Below, one piece after another: positions 11,631-25,764 of a DNA stretch of 64,000 bases (position 1 is its first letter; each line of letters begins with the position of its first letter). The translations under genes and the position numbers were made by a program. The stretch spans positions 30,938,001 through 31,002,000 of the forward strand of contig OX597817.1 in the NCBI GenBank assembly GCA_951406725.2, read 5' to 3'. The notes below the pieces were generated by a model. The model saw only the letters and a list, made by a program, of their open reading frames with translations. It did no database searches and had not been told where the DNA came from. Source of the stretch: Octopus vulgaris. Its lineage: Eukaryota.

Positions 11631-14147
11631 GCAAGGACTAATATTAAGGTCTAATTTCATGAATATTTGTTTTGTTACATAACATAGCTATTGAAACCCT
11701 ACGAATATTATTATTATTATTATTATTTTTGATGGGGTGGGGTTTACTGAGCATGTCTAATAAAAAGAAGCAAATATTTATTCTTGAAAATTAATGATAT
11801 TCCCTATATATTTATGGTTGAATATATATTTACCATTTCAATGTAAACAAATGACTAAAATATAGTTCTGATACTAATATACCGCAAAAATTACAAATAA
11901 CAATGATCACATTTACACTGCAAATATTTCTTGGAAAAGGATTAATGTCACAAAATTTCGTTTCACTTTGATATAAATATATTGCTTTTTGCCTTTGTGT
12001 GGCATGAATAAATTAAAAATGTTGTTATGACAGCAAACCAGGCATTGGTGCTACTTTGACCTACAGTTAATAGTATGTGAAAGAAAATAAAACACTCACT
12101 AGTCAGTCATTTGAAAGAAAAAAATATTTAGAAAATAACTGCTATATATTTGGTCAGACAAGAATTGATTATGTGACCAGAACTGAAGTGTCAAAATTCT
12201 CTGAACCATATATGACTCATACATCATTAGAAAGTAATTATCTATGGATAAGTTTAGTTATGGGAATTCTAGAAAAATCTCAAGAGTATTTTTCTCATAA
12301 GGTTAAACCTCCCTACTTGGCAATTGCTGTACAATATTGATGTTTTTGTGTTGTCATTGTGAAATGTTGAATATCTATCTTGTCTTCTCAGTTACTATTT
12401 ACTCTCATTGACTACTATCAATATAAATGTATAATTTTGTCATTCATTTTAAAACTTATTTGTTATTTCTAAATATAAGATAGATTATAATAGTTGTTGT
12501 TTTGTGACATTGACAAATCGCCAGAAACATCATGTCATCAGTTTAGTTGGTTATTATTTACTTACTAAGTAACTACTTCCCAGTTAATATACACCATGTA
12601 TCATATAAACTGTCAAAAACATAATTATTTAATACCACACGATCTGACAGTATTATAAAAGAAAATAGATCGTTAAATCACAATTTGAAGTTTTGATTTA
12701 ATTGATTAAAATCTAGTGTGCATGAAACGTTATATCGGTTCAGATTGCGTATATGTATGACTGGTATTTATTTCATTGATCTATTATAATCAGTAATAGT
12801 TAATTTGCCAAGACAGATATCGGACTAGTGTTGCATGTAACATTTTTCTTTCATTCAGATTCATTTGAACAAGTTCTTACAAAACAAAGAACTGTCTGTA
12901 CATGAATTTATTCTACTTTTGTAAATAAATACCATAAAACTTACCGAAATATGATTTAATTAATATGAAGTTAGTTTAGTTAGTTTTTCTTTATATTTTT
13001 GCTTTGTTTTATTTTTCCTTTGTAAATGAAATGCTTATATGTGGAACACAAAACCTATTATTTGCTGTTTACTTCTATATATTTTTTCAAGTAGAAAGCA
13101 ATCAAAAGCTTCCTTAATGTATTATCTCTTTTAAATTAAGCATTAATAGTCTTCAGGATTTTACTTTGAGCTAATTTCGTGACAAACAAAGGTAAATCAT
13201 CTAATCGTGGTCTCCTCAGTTTAAAGCTGTGTTTGTAAATCTTTGAACTGATATCTTGTTTATTTTGTCTATTAATTAAACAATGCGCTATTATTGACAT
13301 GTGAAAGAGAGGAGGATTTATAGAATCGTTTGAGCATGAAACGAAGTGACCTGCAGAATTTCTTCTGGTTATTTACATTTCTGAGTTCAAATCCCGTCCA
13401 AGACAACTTAGACTTTTACCCTTTCGGTGTCAGTAAAATAAAGTTCTTGTCAAGAACTGGGGTCTTGGAATTAGCTATTCCACTCCTCTCATAAGTAGTA
13501 GCCATACCTGAGTTACTAACAATTATTAACGTGGTAAAAATATATCAATTCTATGACATTATTTGTCATACCAATAATATGGCAATATATTAACCCTATG
13601 TATACTGCTGAAATGCAAAAATGCAAAATAATGAATAACCGTATGAATGCTGCATTAAGTACAACAATTTCACCAGTAGACTTCATCTACGCGAACAGTT
13701 ATATTATTATAGTCGTGATAGCTTTGCAGTGAATCTCTCCTATTAAAGTGTGAACTAATTTTCTCTAGCTTACTTGCAACGCAAACTCAAGCACGCGATT
13801 TATTTACTTGATAGATGAAGTAATCAAATTAATTCCTAACCAATCAGTGATTAGCGAGTTATATATCAACATGGTTACCTAATCAGTAACAGCTTTTTCT
13901 GTACACACAGTGGCTGAAAGACACAAATTTGTGATTCTACACTCAATACAGCACAAAGAAGAGATCTTCCTTCACATGATACTGCTTGAGAAACATCACG
14001 TAGCAGGAGATATTTCATAATAAGGAAAAGGGAACTGTAAATCACACTTCATCATTAACAGACTGTCTGTGTGCCATAGGACAGCTTCATCAAGGCTAAA
14101 TTGTGGCTTCACAACAAGATGGGGTATGTAATTAGTTTTCCCCTTAA

Positions 14148-14361
14148 CTCTTTAGTATTCAGATTATTCTGTCAAATGTAATGCTTATGTAATCAAATTG
14201 TTTTGAATTAATCATGCAAAAACATCGTAGCATTGAAATTTTGAGGATGTGATTGCTTATTCTTATAATGACATTGTAGGATAAGTGGGCAAAACCAGAT
14301 CCGGCCAGTTTGAACAGGTACAATATTTTGGCCGGATATGGCCGGTTTAAATACTAAAGGG
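14148..14361. mobile_element. piggyBac-type MITE
   Basis: TTAA-C(T)CTTTAGTATT ... AATACTAAAGGG-TTAA: TIR plus TTAA target site. Confidence 0.75.
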
Positions 14362-15007
14362 TTAAATGAGGTTATTTGTTCTTTGAATAGAATATTTTTG
14401 CCGGCTCTTTTTGCTTGTTCCAGGTGTTAATATGAATTTTAAACTTCCTTTCGCTTTCCCCATTTATTAGTTGATCCCATGAACCTGTTGTCACCTACAT
14501 CGAACTTGTGAAGGAGAAGGCTACATGTGTCTACCATATTCCACTTGAAAGAAAAGGCATCATGTCACAAAACCTAGACAGAAATATTTAATGAGCATAT
14601 CATTCTTTTGAAGAGATCTGACACCACTGAATTCAACAGCTTTTTGCCCAAATATTATTTGTGTTAGACAAGTCACCTATATAGCTATGGTCACTCTCTG
14701 GCCGGCCATAACAAACAACATTCTAAATATTATTGCTTTAATGTTTTAGAGTGTGCCACTTTCGGATAAATGAACTACTGACCTAAATGTGTGTGTGTGT
14801 GTGAAGTTATATTATCACTTTTAAGATTAGAACATTGTATCCGGTATGTGACTAACTGTTACACCAAAGGCACTTTACATTTATAACCATCCAACTTAAG
14901 ACCATAGAGTGAAGATTACGCAGGCCAGTGGCTTATCAACGGAGACCTCAACGGAAAAGCATATATGTGTGTGCATATGCCTATACATACATACATATAG
15001 ATATACA

Positions 15008-15049
<42 letters not shown>

Positions 15050-15086
15050 CACACGCGGTCCATTCAAAATGTGACCGCGTGTATAT

Positions 15087-15280
15087 CGTTGGCGATTTTT
15101 CTTTCCCTCCGTCTTCCCTTCCTTGGATCTTTTCTTTTCCTATGTTTCTGACGAAGAGCTCCGCTCGAAACGTTAAATCATCCTTCTTTCTTTCCTTTCC
15201 TGAGCGTCCAATAACACTATACTTGTTCCACGTCCTCGCATTGTTGTGTTTTCTCTTTGTGTTTTCCTGTTTTGATTAAC
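15087..15280 (+). mobile_element. PLE-derived pseudo-LTR-like repeat
   Basis: Second copy at 28050-28232; contains a hammerhead core; ends in (TA)n. Confidence 0.7.
15144..15179 (+). ncRNA. Minimal type I hammerhead ribozyme motif
   Basis: GTTT-CTGACGA-A-GAGC(TCC)GCTC-GAAA-CG-TT-AAAT: intact CUGANGA/GAAA core, helix II, palindromic ACGU helix III. Confidence 0.7.
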
Positions 15281-15330
15281 TATATATATACATACACACA
15301 CACACATACACACACACACACACATGCATG

Positions 15331-15377
<47 letters not shown>

Positions 15378-15534
15378 CTGGGGGTGTCAGAAGATCTACA
15401 CTGCCAGAAATAAGAGCTCTTCTTTCTAGCAGTGCAGGTGTTGTAACACCCTAAATCTTATTTAATGACATTTATTGTTTTCCTTTTGGGCGAAACTCTG
15501 CTAACTAGCTACCTCATTTAATTATTTATGTATG

Positions 15535-15580
<46 letters not shown>

Positions 15581-15706
15581 TAGATAGATAGATAGATATA
15601 AAATATTGCTGTATGTATAAATACTCATACACAAGCACGCATACGCATATCTATATTCTTTTATTCTTTTATTTGTTTCAGTCATTTGACTACAGCCATG
15701 CTGGAG

Positions 15707-15766
<60 letters not shown>

Positions 15767-15807
15767 ATGTGTGTGTACATGTTTAGATACATACATACAT
15801 ACATACA

Positions 15808-15839
<32 letters not shown>

Positions 15840-16276
15840 GAGGGGATAGTCTTTCTCAAAACGAGCTATATTTTTAAAATTATCTTGAACACCTACTCAG
15901 ATTTCTATGTTATGTTTATGAATTTTTCTTTGTTATTCTTTTCCTATTTAATCTTCAAAGAGATTTCAATACAGAATCCTTTAGAATTTGTGACACAAAT
16001 GCCATCTCAGTCTTGATTAATACAAGGATTCACTGAAAATATTTTACAACGATTTAGCAATTGAAGGATAGCGATTAATTAAAGATCTAAAAACATAAAC
16101 ACCGAGCTTTAGAAGGATATTCCGAATTTAGGCTGATGTTGCGGAAATTTCCGTTTAGATAAATTAATTGAAAACTTGTAGTTTTAAAGAGAAGCTTTAC
16201 AAAAATGTTGCAGAAAAGGGTTTTATTGAAATAAAGATGTGCAGTTGTATCGTTGATTTAGCTTGTTGGAAAATAG

Positions 16277-16359
16277 CGAGTGGCTGTGTGGTAGGTAGCT
16301 TGCTTACCAACCACATGGTTCCTGGTTCAGTCCCACTGCGTAGCACCTTGGGCAAGTGC
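16277..16359 (+). mobile_element. SINE family B head fragment
   Basis: Matches 8925-9008. Confidence 0.8.
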
Positions 16360-16760
16360 TTGAAGAAGATCAAGATCAATAAACACCGGAAGAACCAACA
16401 TACTCCCAAGCCTGGTAAGTGCTTCCTAAATCTATCACACTTGATGACAGAACTACTGCAGCGATACAACACACCGGCCCTTCTCTGAGAAAAGCTCTGT
16501 CCAAGATCAACACACCTCACTATTCTGAGGAGTGCACATTGTGGAAATGCCCCATCGATGACCCTGAATTTTGCATTAAAGGAACACTTGCAGGCAGCCA
16601 TCTACGGAAATGCCAGACTCGGGAATTCGCAGTGCACATCAAGGCAACACAGCGGAACAGGGGCAACCTTAGAATCTTTGAGGCTATCCTCATACATGAA
16701 AATAAAAAAATCCCAAGATCAACAATAGAAAGGAGCTACAGGAAGCTAGCTGGTTGTTAT
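16360..16760 (+). mobile_element. Internally deleted PLE fragment (C-terminal region)
   Basis: LRIFEAILIHENK/PKINNRKE resembles the PLE GIY-YIG C-terminal 'LEA..I....P.IN..E' motif. Confidence 0.5.
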
Positions 16761-17339
16761 AGCAACACCCTTCTGCGCAATACATGCAATACATGAATAA
16801 ATATATTGCTTTCTCACTGAGAAGTATTGTTATTTCACTAGACCAAAACCCCTCGAAGAAAAAATAATGTCAAAGAATATTTTCAAAACAAGCAAGGAAA
16901 ATGTTGAAATCTATATGTGTAAGTTCAATACTTTTTACTTTATATTCGGTATAGCCTTGCGTTGCAAATGCTCTCAATGCTATTGTTACCAATTGTAGCG
17001 ATGCAAATGGAGCGATGCAAAGCACTCTCCCAAGTAAATCTTTACATTAAAATAGTAGCCCCAATAAAAACACGTACATAACCATTTATACTTTACTGGA
17101 AATAGATGTCAACATCCATATCACAACTATAAATGAAACAATATATGCACCAGCAGCGAAATAATGAAAGTTTGTATTTCAGCAAAATGACTCATGTGGG
17201 AACATCTAAACTCCCTCAGATGACGTAGAAAACAAGCATGCAGTGACGGACAGAAATCAAAATATATTCTCACTGAATCTTTAATGATATCAATAACTGG
17301 AGACTAAGGAAGAGACAAATTGTACAAAAATAATAAATA

Positions 17340-18720
17340 AACAAACAGAAACTACCTGAAATCAAAGAATTAAAACAAGTCATGTGTGCTTAATTGCAAA
17401 CAGTCCGTCGTTATGATAAACGGCGGCGATTCTTTGAAGAGAACAAACAATTTAAGTTCAATGAAAAACATTTTTTTCCAAGAATTACGTAAAAACAAAA
17501 TCAAAAATCAATTCAATGCCAACAGCTGGAAAAGAATTCGGGAGAGGAATATCGATAGCAAATGAATCTCCAAGCACCGGGTGTCTTCAAAATAAGTACA
17601 GCACCATCTCATTAATTGCAAGAAGCAATAACAACACCAGAACGGTAAAAAGTGGACGTTCTAAACTTCTGATTAACATATGAAATGCGGTAACAATTAG
17701 TTAACCTATTCAAGTGGGAAAAATCACATCATCTGGGAAAAACCATCTTAGTCTCCAATACTAATGAAACAGCTAATTTCAAATCTACAAACTTATAAAT
17801 GTATAAGGCCTTGAATGCTATAATATCGGAAACAATAAATAATTATCAGAAAAAATAATCTTTCCAAAGAATACATGTACTGCTACAAAATTTCATATGG
17901 TTGTAAAGATTAATTACTGATGAACAAATTATAACCGAAAACTGCAGACAATGGAGTATAACATGTTCTGATTAACAAATAAACATTTGGAAGTGTTCCT
18001 CATTCATGGACTCTGTAATCTAACGATTCTACCAATCTTCCTTCCTCAAAGATAATAAAATAAGAAACAAAGTTTTTAAAAAGTCTACTTGAAAAGGAAT
18101 CTACTGCAACAAGGCAATAACGTAAAATGAGGTAAAAAAGAAGAAATATGTAATGAATATGCATTACAAGGTTTAGACTGGAAGGATAATGTAATTGGTT
18201 CTGGAAACCTGAAAGTATTAACAATTACCAAGTAAACAAAATCCGAAATAAGTAAATAATAAACTAGAATGATATCCTAAAAAAATATGTAAATGGCACC
18301 AATGGTATTGATGTCTTGTTCGATCATGGACTTTCCTTTTCACACAACTGCTAGAGTTTGAGCATAAAACAAAACCAAAGAGGATAGGGCCTCGGGGAAA
18401 AGAAGACTAGACAATTAAGTAAAATAGTTCAAGAAACAATTATCAACTTTCTGAATTTGGAGAAAGAAGCGTATCCCAAACAAGATTTATGAAGTTTTAC
18501 GAAGAAAATGACGTTAGTGGTTCTCCAGGAAGAAGATGAGTATCTGCCTTTTCACTGCTATCTTGATGTCTGTGCTAGATAGTGATGGTCTTCTAATAAA
18601 TGAGATTAAGAAAATTGGAAAATATTAACATGGTAACATGGCAAGCATTTGCTTATTACTGGACAACATGGCAACCTCAAACCTGAAAAGCAATTTTGAT
18701 GCAAATTATCGACCTAACCT
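17340..18720 (+). mobile_element. Decayed Dong/R4-type non-LTR retrotransposon (RT region)
   Basis: VRRYDKRRRFFEENKQFKFNEK, SYGCKD*LLMNK and FGSVPHSW match R4/Dong RT motifs. Confidence 0.7.
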
Positions 18721-19299
18721 TAGTGAAGATTGCACTCTTGGGGTATATAACGATGTAAAAACTACGAAATGGGGACAGCATTGAACAACAGTGACATTAA
18801 CAATAGCAATACAAAGAATGAACAAAGAGATAATTTTGATGAGAGTCCTAGTATTCTAAAACTTGATAGTAACATTTATTCCTTGAAAGCTGATCTTTCC
18901 TCACCTACTTCTACACTAATCCCTATATGTTCTGAAACAAATCCCTATTAATGCGTCTGTCATTAAAAAAAATTGCATATCGAAATGTTTAAAAAATTTA
19001 TCGTAAATTATTTCAACTGGTCTTGTATGAAAATAAACCCTAGAAACAATGAGGCATGCAACGCTATTAAGCAAAATTTACCTATGCTCACAAGATGGTG
19101 CGCACACACATTCTCCGCGCACACAAATTCGTCAAAAGTAAAAAAAAAAACCAACTAAAGAGAATAATTTCAGGTGCGAAATCATATCCACCAACAACGG
19201 AACTAAGAGTTAAACGATGTGAGTGACCTAACTATAGAACATGTCTCAACCAACTGACAAGTTCGGAATTCCATTTTAAACAAGGACAAAGATTCAAAC

Positions 19300-19860
19300 T
19301 TATTAGTGAGTTTACCTCTGCATCTTTAATCTACATCATAACTTGATCAAGATCTGGACACAAATATATAGGGCAAACAAAAATGTCACTGCATAGGGAA
19401 CAACTAAGTTTCCAATGATATAGACAAGTACCATTAAGCGAACACATAGAGATGTGCGTGAAATCTCCAACCGAAACCAAAATTTTCCTACATACCAATG
19501 CAATGGAACAACTTCTGTACAACAACAATAAAATAAAGAGACGGCATTTTCGAAAATATATCAACCGCGCCTGAATATGAGCATATAACCAATAGTGGAC
19601 TTTACATATAACTTAGTTCATAAAACATATTTTTTTTAATCTACAAATAATGAAATCGCTTTCCAAAAATAAAATGGATAATTACATCCCCTGCTTCAAA
19701 TAATAACAATCACAGGTTACCTACCCTAAAATTTATATATTTCCCGATTCATTTACAAATTATCCTTCCTCCCACTAACTTTTTATGACAGCATGGAATT
19801 ATAACATTATCACTAACTCTTTAGTCATGATTAACATAAGCGAAACCGGTCGACTTTGTA
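19300..19860 (+). mobile_element. PLE 3' remnant: GIY-YIG domain plus degenerate hammerhead
   Basis: SLIYIIT*SRSGHKYIGQT (GIY-YIG signature); AGTC-ATGATTA...GAAA-CCGG-TC-GACT at 19823-19854. Confidence 0.65.
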
Positions 19861-19956
19861 AATATCTTATTTCATTAAAATATATTTTTCCCAGCATAAA
19901 ACTTCTGAGAATTTTACAATATATATGTATGTATATATCTATGTATGTGTGTATAT

Positions 19957-20145
19957 TACCCAACAACCGTTTGACAAGCGGTGCTGGTTTGTTTGTGTCC
20001 CTGTAGAGTATCGGCAAAAATTGCTGATAAAATAAGTAATGGGCTTTAAAAAATAAGTTCTGAGGTTAATTTGTTCAACTAAACTATTCACGGAGAAGCA
20101 CCAGTATGACAGCAGACAAAAGACTGAAACAAGTAAAAGATAAAA
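19957..20145 (+). mobile_element. SINE family B 3' half, diverged
   Basis: TTGACAAGCGGTGCTGGTTTG...GACTGAAACAAGTAAAAGA. Confidence 0.65.
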
Positions 20146-21194
20146 TATGGATCAGACACGGCACGCAATGAGAGTGATACAAGAGAAATCTGCCGGAGGT
20201 TTTCAATCGTGATACTTCTAAGCAAATTATCAAGATTTGGCTAAAAATTTGTAAAATAATCGTGGATTGTCACAGTGAAGAACAAATTGACAAGAAGGCA
20301 AAATATTTTGGTGGGTATCAGATCACATTGTGAACATTGATAAATTAATGTAAATTAAAGGTTATTTTGATAACAAAAATAAATTATAAATTATTTTCGG
20401 ATAAGGGTCTGAGTTGTGCAAATGATTGGATTTTTAGCAAGACAATCCCCAATTTACAAATCACAAATGTTAAAAAAAACCCACTTTTATGTGAAATAGT
20501 TTGAAGATCTGGACTGATCACCCCCAACCAACAGAACGCGATCCAATTAAAAATGCCATGGCGCATTAACAAAGACAATTTGATGAGAAGCAAATGAATC
20601 AAAAGAGGTGATGCATGTGGTCATATGGTCATTTAGCAGGTTTGATGATTAATTCCTGAAAACGTCTTTCAGGTTTTAATCAATTTCCATTGTTTGCGAG
20701 AATTCTTAGAAAATAAACGTGGACTAAATAATCATTAACTAATTATTAGAACCACTCAAGCTTTCTGCTCTTTTTTTTATAAAAAGAAATATGATGCGAA
20801 CGTTATTTCTTTAAACTTTACAGAACGTTTAAGCAGGGCAGCAATATGGCAAGGAGTGTATATACATTATAATCACCTCACTTTTCCATACCAGCATAGT
20901 TGTCACTCCAACACAGATCACAACAGCCTTTGAAGCAAAAGCAGTTCCTTAATTCAACTTCAAATACGAAAATGGCAGAACATAAAATTTAATGGCAATG
21001 TCAGCAGGTGAAGAACTCTTCCTAGTAAATTGCCATCGCACATAATTGGATAGCTTGGTCATCTGCTTTCTCCATTTCCCCATATTTCAATATCATACGG
21101 TTTTGTATTCCTTATACATACTGAAGTGTCGCACTTTCGTTCAGGGAGGGAAACAGTGAAAGAGAGAAAGAAAGAGGGAGAGGATGAGAGAGAG

Positions 21195-21520
21195 AGATAC
21201 TCTGTCATCAATAGGATAATAGCTTTCTGGATTGCTTCAACATCGTTCTTATACAATACTACGACTTTCAGCACTAAACAAAGTCTTAAACAGCAGAAAT
21301 TATCTACAACTGTCAGTGAACTATCTTTGTCATCTAATCTCTGTGGTTTCTTAAATGTTCTTGAGGATCTAAATATGCTGTTCCTTGTTAATCTCCTTGA
21401 TATCCCACAGCATTCTCATGTGTTTATTGGTTTTTACTGAATAATATCTACCTCCTCCCTATATATTGCACAAAGTTAATTCCCATATGGTGCATAATTC
21501 TTGTTTCCTATTGCAAAGTT
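21195..21520 (-). mobile_element. Decayed Dong/R4-like C-terminal fragment
   Basis: Minus-strand MLWDI... and EAIQKAIILL resemble the R4 REL-endonuclease C-terminus. Confidence 0.4.
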
Positions 21521-22064
21521 CTGCTTAAGAATTTTGCTATATTTATTTTTATGTTAGTTGACTGACGCATATCGTCCCACATTCAAATTTTGCATAGATA
21601 ATCTGTAACAACAGAAACATTTATGGAGAAAATACTCAAAATGTATAGAGTACATAAATTTCTGATTATTGAACTAAATAAACTACTGCGTATAAATCAT
21701 TGTACATAATCATTTGCACAGATGAAGAGCATGAATGATATAAAGTTATCACTGAGAGACGCTTGTGTCCTTTCAAATATATATATTGCATTCAAAATAT
21801 TCCGAGGGCAACAGTTTGAATAATAAGAAACACTCATACATTTTAAAGGAACAGATATAGAATATTTTAAGTTCCATTAGCTATTATCACTCCTGATGAT
21901 TTAGCCATGGTACCTGGATAAAATATATTAAATGAAATGCGCATACAAACACGTACAAACATATGATATGATTTTGCTTTGGCTTAGCGATACTAATAAC
22001 CACTTGTTAGAGCGTGTACATGTGCTTTAGAGTAAGGCGTCAGGTGAGAGCAGAACGTAATATT

Positions 22065-22648
22065 CTTTTCTCCTCTTGGCAAAAGGCCCGAAATTTTGGG
22101 GAAGGAGTTCAGTCGATTAGATCGACCCCAGTATGCAACTGGTATTTAATTTATCGACTCCGAAAGGATAAAAGGCAAAGTCGACCTCGGAAGAATTTGA
22201 ACTCAGAAAGTAAAGACAGAGGAAATACCTATTTCTTGACTACCCACAAGGGGTTAAACACAGAGAGGACAAACAAGGACTGAAAAACGGATTAAGTCGA
22301 TTATATCGACCGCAGTGCGTAACTGGTACTTATTTAATCGACCCCAAAAGGATGAAAGGCAAAGTCGACCTCGGCGGAAATTGAACTCAGAACGTAGTGG
22401 CAGACGAAATGCCAGTTTCTTCACTACCCACAAGTGGCTAAACACAGAAGGGACAAACAAGGACAGACAAACGGATTAAGTCGATTATATTGACCCTAGT
22501 GCATAACTGGTACTTATTTAATCGACCCCGAAAGGATGAAAGGCAAAGTCGATCTCAGCGGAATTTGAACTCAGAACGTAGCGGCAGACAAAATAGCGCT
22601 AAGCATTTCGCCCGGTTTGCCATCGTTTCTGCCAGCTCGCCGCCTTAA
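22065..22648 (-). mobile_element. Trimeric SINE family C insertion
   Basis: Three ~185-bp tandem units inside a single TSD CAGAACGTAATATT (22051-22064, 22649-22662). Confidence 0.85.
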
Positions 22649-22996
22649 CAGAACGTAATATTAACTGAGGACTGACAAAGGTATAGGAGTCTCTAAATCA
22701 ACTTCATTCACTTAGACCTGTTTCTGTTCTAAGAGACAGTGTGTTCAGAGATGAATGCTAGTGCAACAATCGATAGCTTCCTCGGAGCATGCTCTAGCGC
22801 TCAACTCTGAGTGCACTGCTTCTAATAGCAAAAATAGATGTAAGCAACTAAAGTTCATCACGGGGCTCCTGTTCCATTATCATTCATTAATATGTGGGTA
22901 TGTGTGTGTAAGTGTGTGTGTATGTATGCGTGTGTGAATACAAATATCATACATATATATATATACATACATATTCATATACATATATATATATGC

Positions 22997-23107
<111 letters not shown>

Positions 23108-23340
23108 TTTACTCCTGAGTGGTGCTACTGGTAACATGTAATCCAGTACAACCTGTCGCATGGTCAGGTCGGCGGCGACTACACTAGTAACCACACCAGG
23201 CTTGCTTGGTGAGGAGAGTGTTGTTGGACACCCTGCGGGATGAAAAATAACACACGTCAAAGGGCGGAGGAACTCCTGAACAGTGAACGGCCATCCAACA
23301 AAATATCTGTAAATATGTATATATATATATATATTATATG

Positions 23341-23385
<45 letters not shown>

Positions 23386-23391
23386 TGTACG

Positions 23392-23427
<36 letters not shown>

Positions 23428-23704
23428 TGTATATATATGTATATTTTTACATTTACATATATATTGTTTTATATCCTTCAATTGCATATCTTTTACTTTT
23501 CTTTATATTTATATACATTATTTATATTTAATTCTTATTAAATTCTTATTCACACATCGTACCTTTTTTATATATTTTTTATATGTTTATATATGTATAC
23601 TTTTACTTTTATAAACATATTTATATTTATTGCATATCTTTTACTTCTTTATATTTATATATCATTTTTATTTACATATGTAAATCCCATATCGTACTTT
23701 TCGA

Positions 23705-24222
23705 TAATGCCTAAAAATGGACAGTCTGGCCCTAAAGTACCCAAAAAGTTAAATGTTGCAAACTTTAAATTATCAAGCAACTTGCAATTATTCCGCGAAG
23801 CTATAGGAAGTATGAATCTTGACCCAAACAATCTATGAGAAGATTTCAAAACAAAAGTATTCCAGGTTGCAAGTTCGTCAGTGGGATTTAAATCACATAA
23901 GTCCAATGACTGGTTCTCAGATAGATCAGCAGAAATTCATGATCTACTTTTAGAAAAACAAAACTTAGGCAACACACTCCTTTCTCAGTTCTTTAACCGC
24001 AACTCAAACGAAGCTTACAGAAAGCTGAAAAGAAAGTGCAAACTGCTCTAGGGAAAATTAAACACGAATGGTGGAATGATAGAGCAAAAAGGGCACAAAA
24101 CGCAGCTGATAGAAATGATGCCAAAGGTTTGTACTCTTATGTTAAGGAGGTATATCGCCCAAAATCTTCTTCAATAGCTCCAGTGAGAACAGCAAATGGA
24201 CGTTTGCTTCTGACTGACACCG
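23705..24222 (+). mobile_element. RTE-clade LINE ORF fragment (region between APE and RT)
   Basis: PKKLNVA...DWFSD...WWNDRAKRAQNAADRNDAKGLYSYVKEVYRP...LLTD, typical of RTE/BovB; contains a stop and a frameshift. Confidence 0.8.
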
Positions 24223-24395
24223 TTTCTATTCATGTTTTTAATCTGACCAGACTGAAATTGGGAACGTGTAACCTCAAATAACAGTTTTTTGTGATATTTC
24301 TGCTGCTTTTAATAAAGTATATTACTCTAACTCTGGTATTTGAGCACTCTTTTTGTCCACCAAGTTTCACATTTATATGCTTACTCCTGTATAAT

Positions 24396-24431
<36 letters not shown>

Positions 24432-24433
24432 TC

Positions 24434-24745
24434 TGTAGCCTCAGGCCCACCAAAGCCTTGTGAGTGGAAACTGAAAAGATGGAAACTGAAAGAAAACTGT
24501 CGTATATATGTGCATATTTGTTTGTGTGTGTATGTTTGTATATGTGTCTGTGTTTGTACCACCAAGATCGCTTGACTACCGATGTTGCTGTATTTACATC
24601 CCCGTAACTTAGCCGTTTGGCAATGCACACCGACAGAATAAGTACTAGGCTTACAAAGAATAAATCCTGGAGTCGATTTCTTCGACTAAAGGGTGTGATC
24701 CACCATGGTCGCAGTCACATGACCGAAATAACTAAAACAATAAAA
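24434..24745 (+). mobile_element. SINE family B, 5' truncated
   Basis: Matches 9015-9340. Confidence 0.8.
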
Positions 24746-24749
24746 AACA

Positions 24750-24793
24750 TTTATGCCATTTTAAACCCGAGCAACGCCGGGTTTCTTTGCTAG
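24750..24793 (+). mobile_element. Helitron 3' terminus
   Basis: AAACCCGAGCAACGCCGGGTTT hairpin followed by CTAG; same hairpin as the 30690 element. Confidence 0.65.
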
Positions 24794-25510
24794 CATTAAT
24801 ACAAAATTCATTTAAGAACACGTGTAATGTATGTGTAATGATTATATGTAGTAAACAAATGACAGAGAGACAATTATTAGTTGATATAAGAGAAATAACT
24901 CAGAATGGCCAGTGGCATATACATGATGAACGAAGAGAAATAAAGATATACCAAATATCATAAAACATAAATTCTTGGTTTATTAAAACTGTTTTTGTAT
25001 CAAGAGATATAAATTCGAGTTTTTGTTGTATAAAGATTATTTGCAGTTCTGTTACCCATTTTGTAGGTAGTTAAGTTTATCTTTTACTAACTAATAGGAG
25101 AACAGGTGGAAGGAGGAGAATTTGTTTCTCCGATTTGGCAAGTAGAGAAGTGAAAGTTGTGTAGTCCAACCGTGACAAACCATACGTGAAGTGCTCCTTT
25201 CTGCTAGCGGCCAAGCGAAAAAAGGCGATAGAGATGAAAGAAATAGAACTGAATTTGGGTACTGTATTTATACATGTTAGAAAGATGGCTGTGGAAAGTA
25301 TTGGGATTTTCTTTCCTGAACTATATTTAACCGAGGAATGTTCACTTAAACAATAGAACTTATTATGTCTGATAGTAGACTCTCATTCAACTTGTAGTGG
25401 AAATGCCAAGAACAATAGAAATGAACTCGTAGAAAAATCTGAATTGCGTATAGAATCTTGGCTAAGAATTTAGGAAGTTATTTGCTGTGTGTGTGTGTGG
25501 CACTAATAAT

Positions 25511-25764
25511 GTAAATTTGGACAAACGGAAACTGAAAGAAGCCCGTCGTATATATGTATATGTAGATATATATATGTGTGTGTGTTTGTGTGTCTGTGTT
25601 TGTCCCCCCAACATCGCTTGACAACCGATGCTGGTGTGTTTACGTCCCCACCGATAGAATAAGTACATGGCTTACAAAGAATAAGTCCTGGGGTCGATCT
25701 GCTCGACTATAGGCGGTGCTACAGCATGGCCGCAATCAAATGACTGAAACAAGAAAAAGAGTAA
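25511..25764 (+). mobile_element. SINE family B, 5' truncated
   Basis: Matches 9050-9340. Confidence 0.8.

Noticed and set aside
12077-12340. 87-aa ORF with vaguely C-type-lectin-like NCYIF / LWISL
   Set aside because: Lacks the cysteine pattern; stops immediately upstream and no compatible splice sites
20490-20580. Possible Tc1 'SPDLNPIE' remnant
   Set aside because: Too degenerate to call
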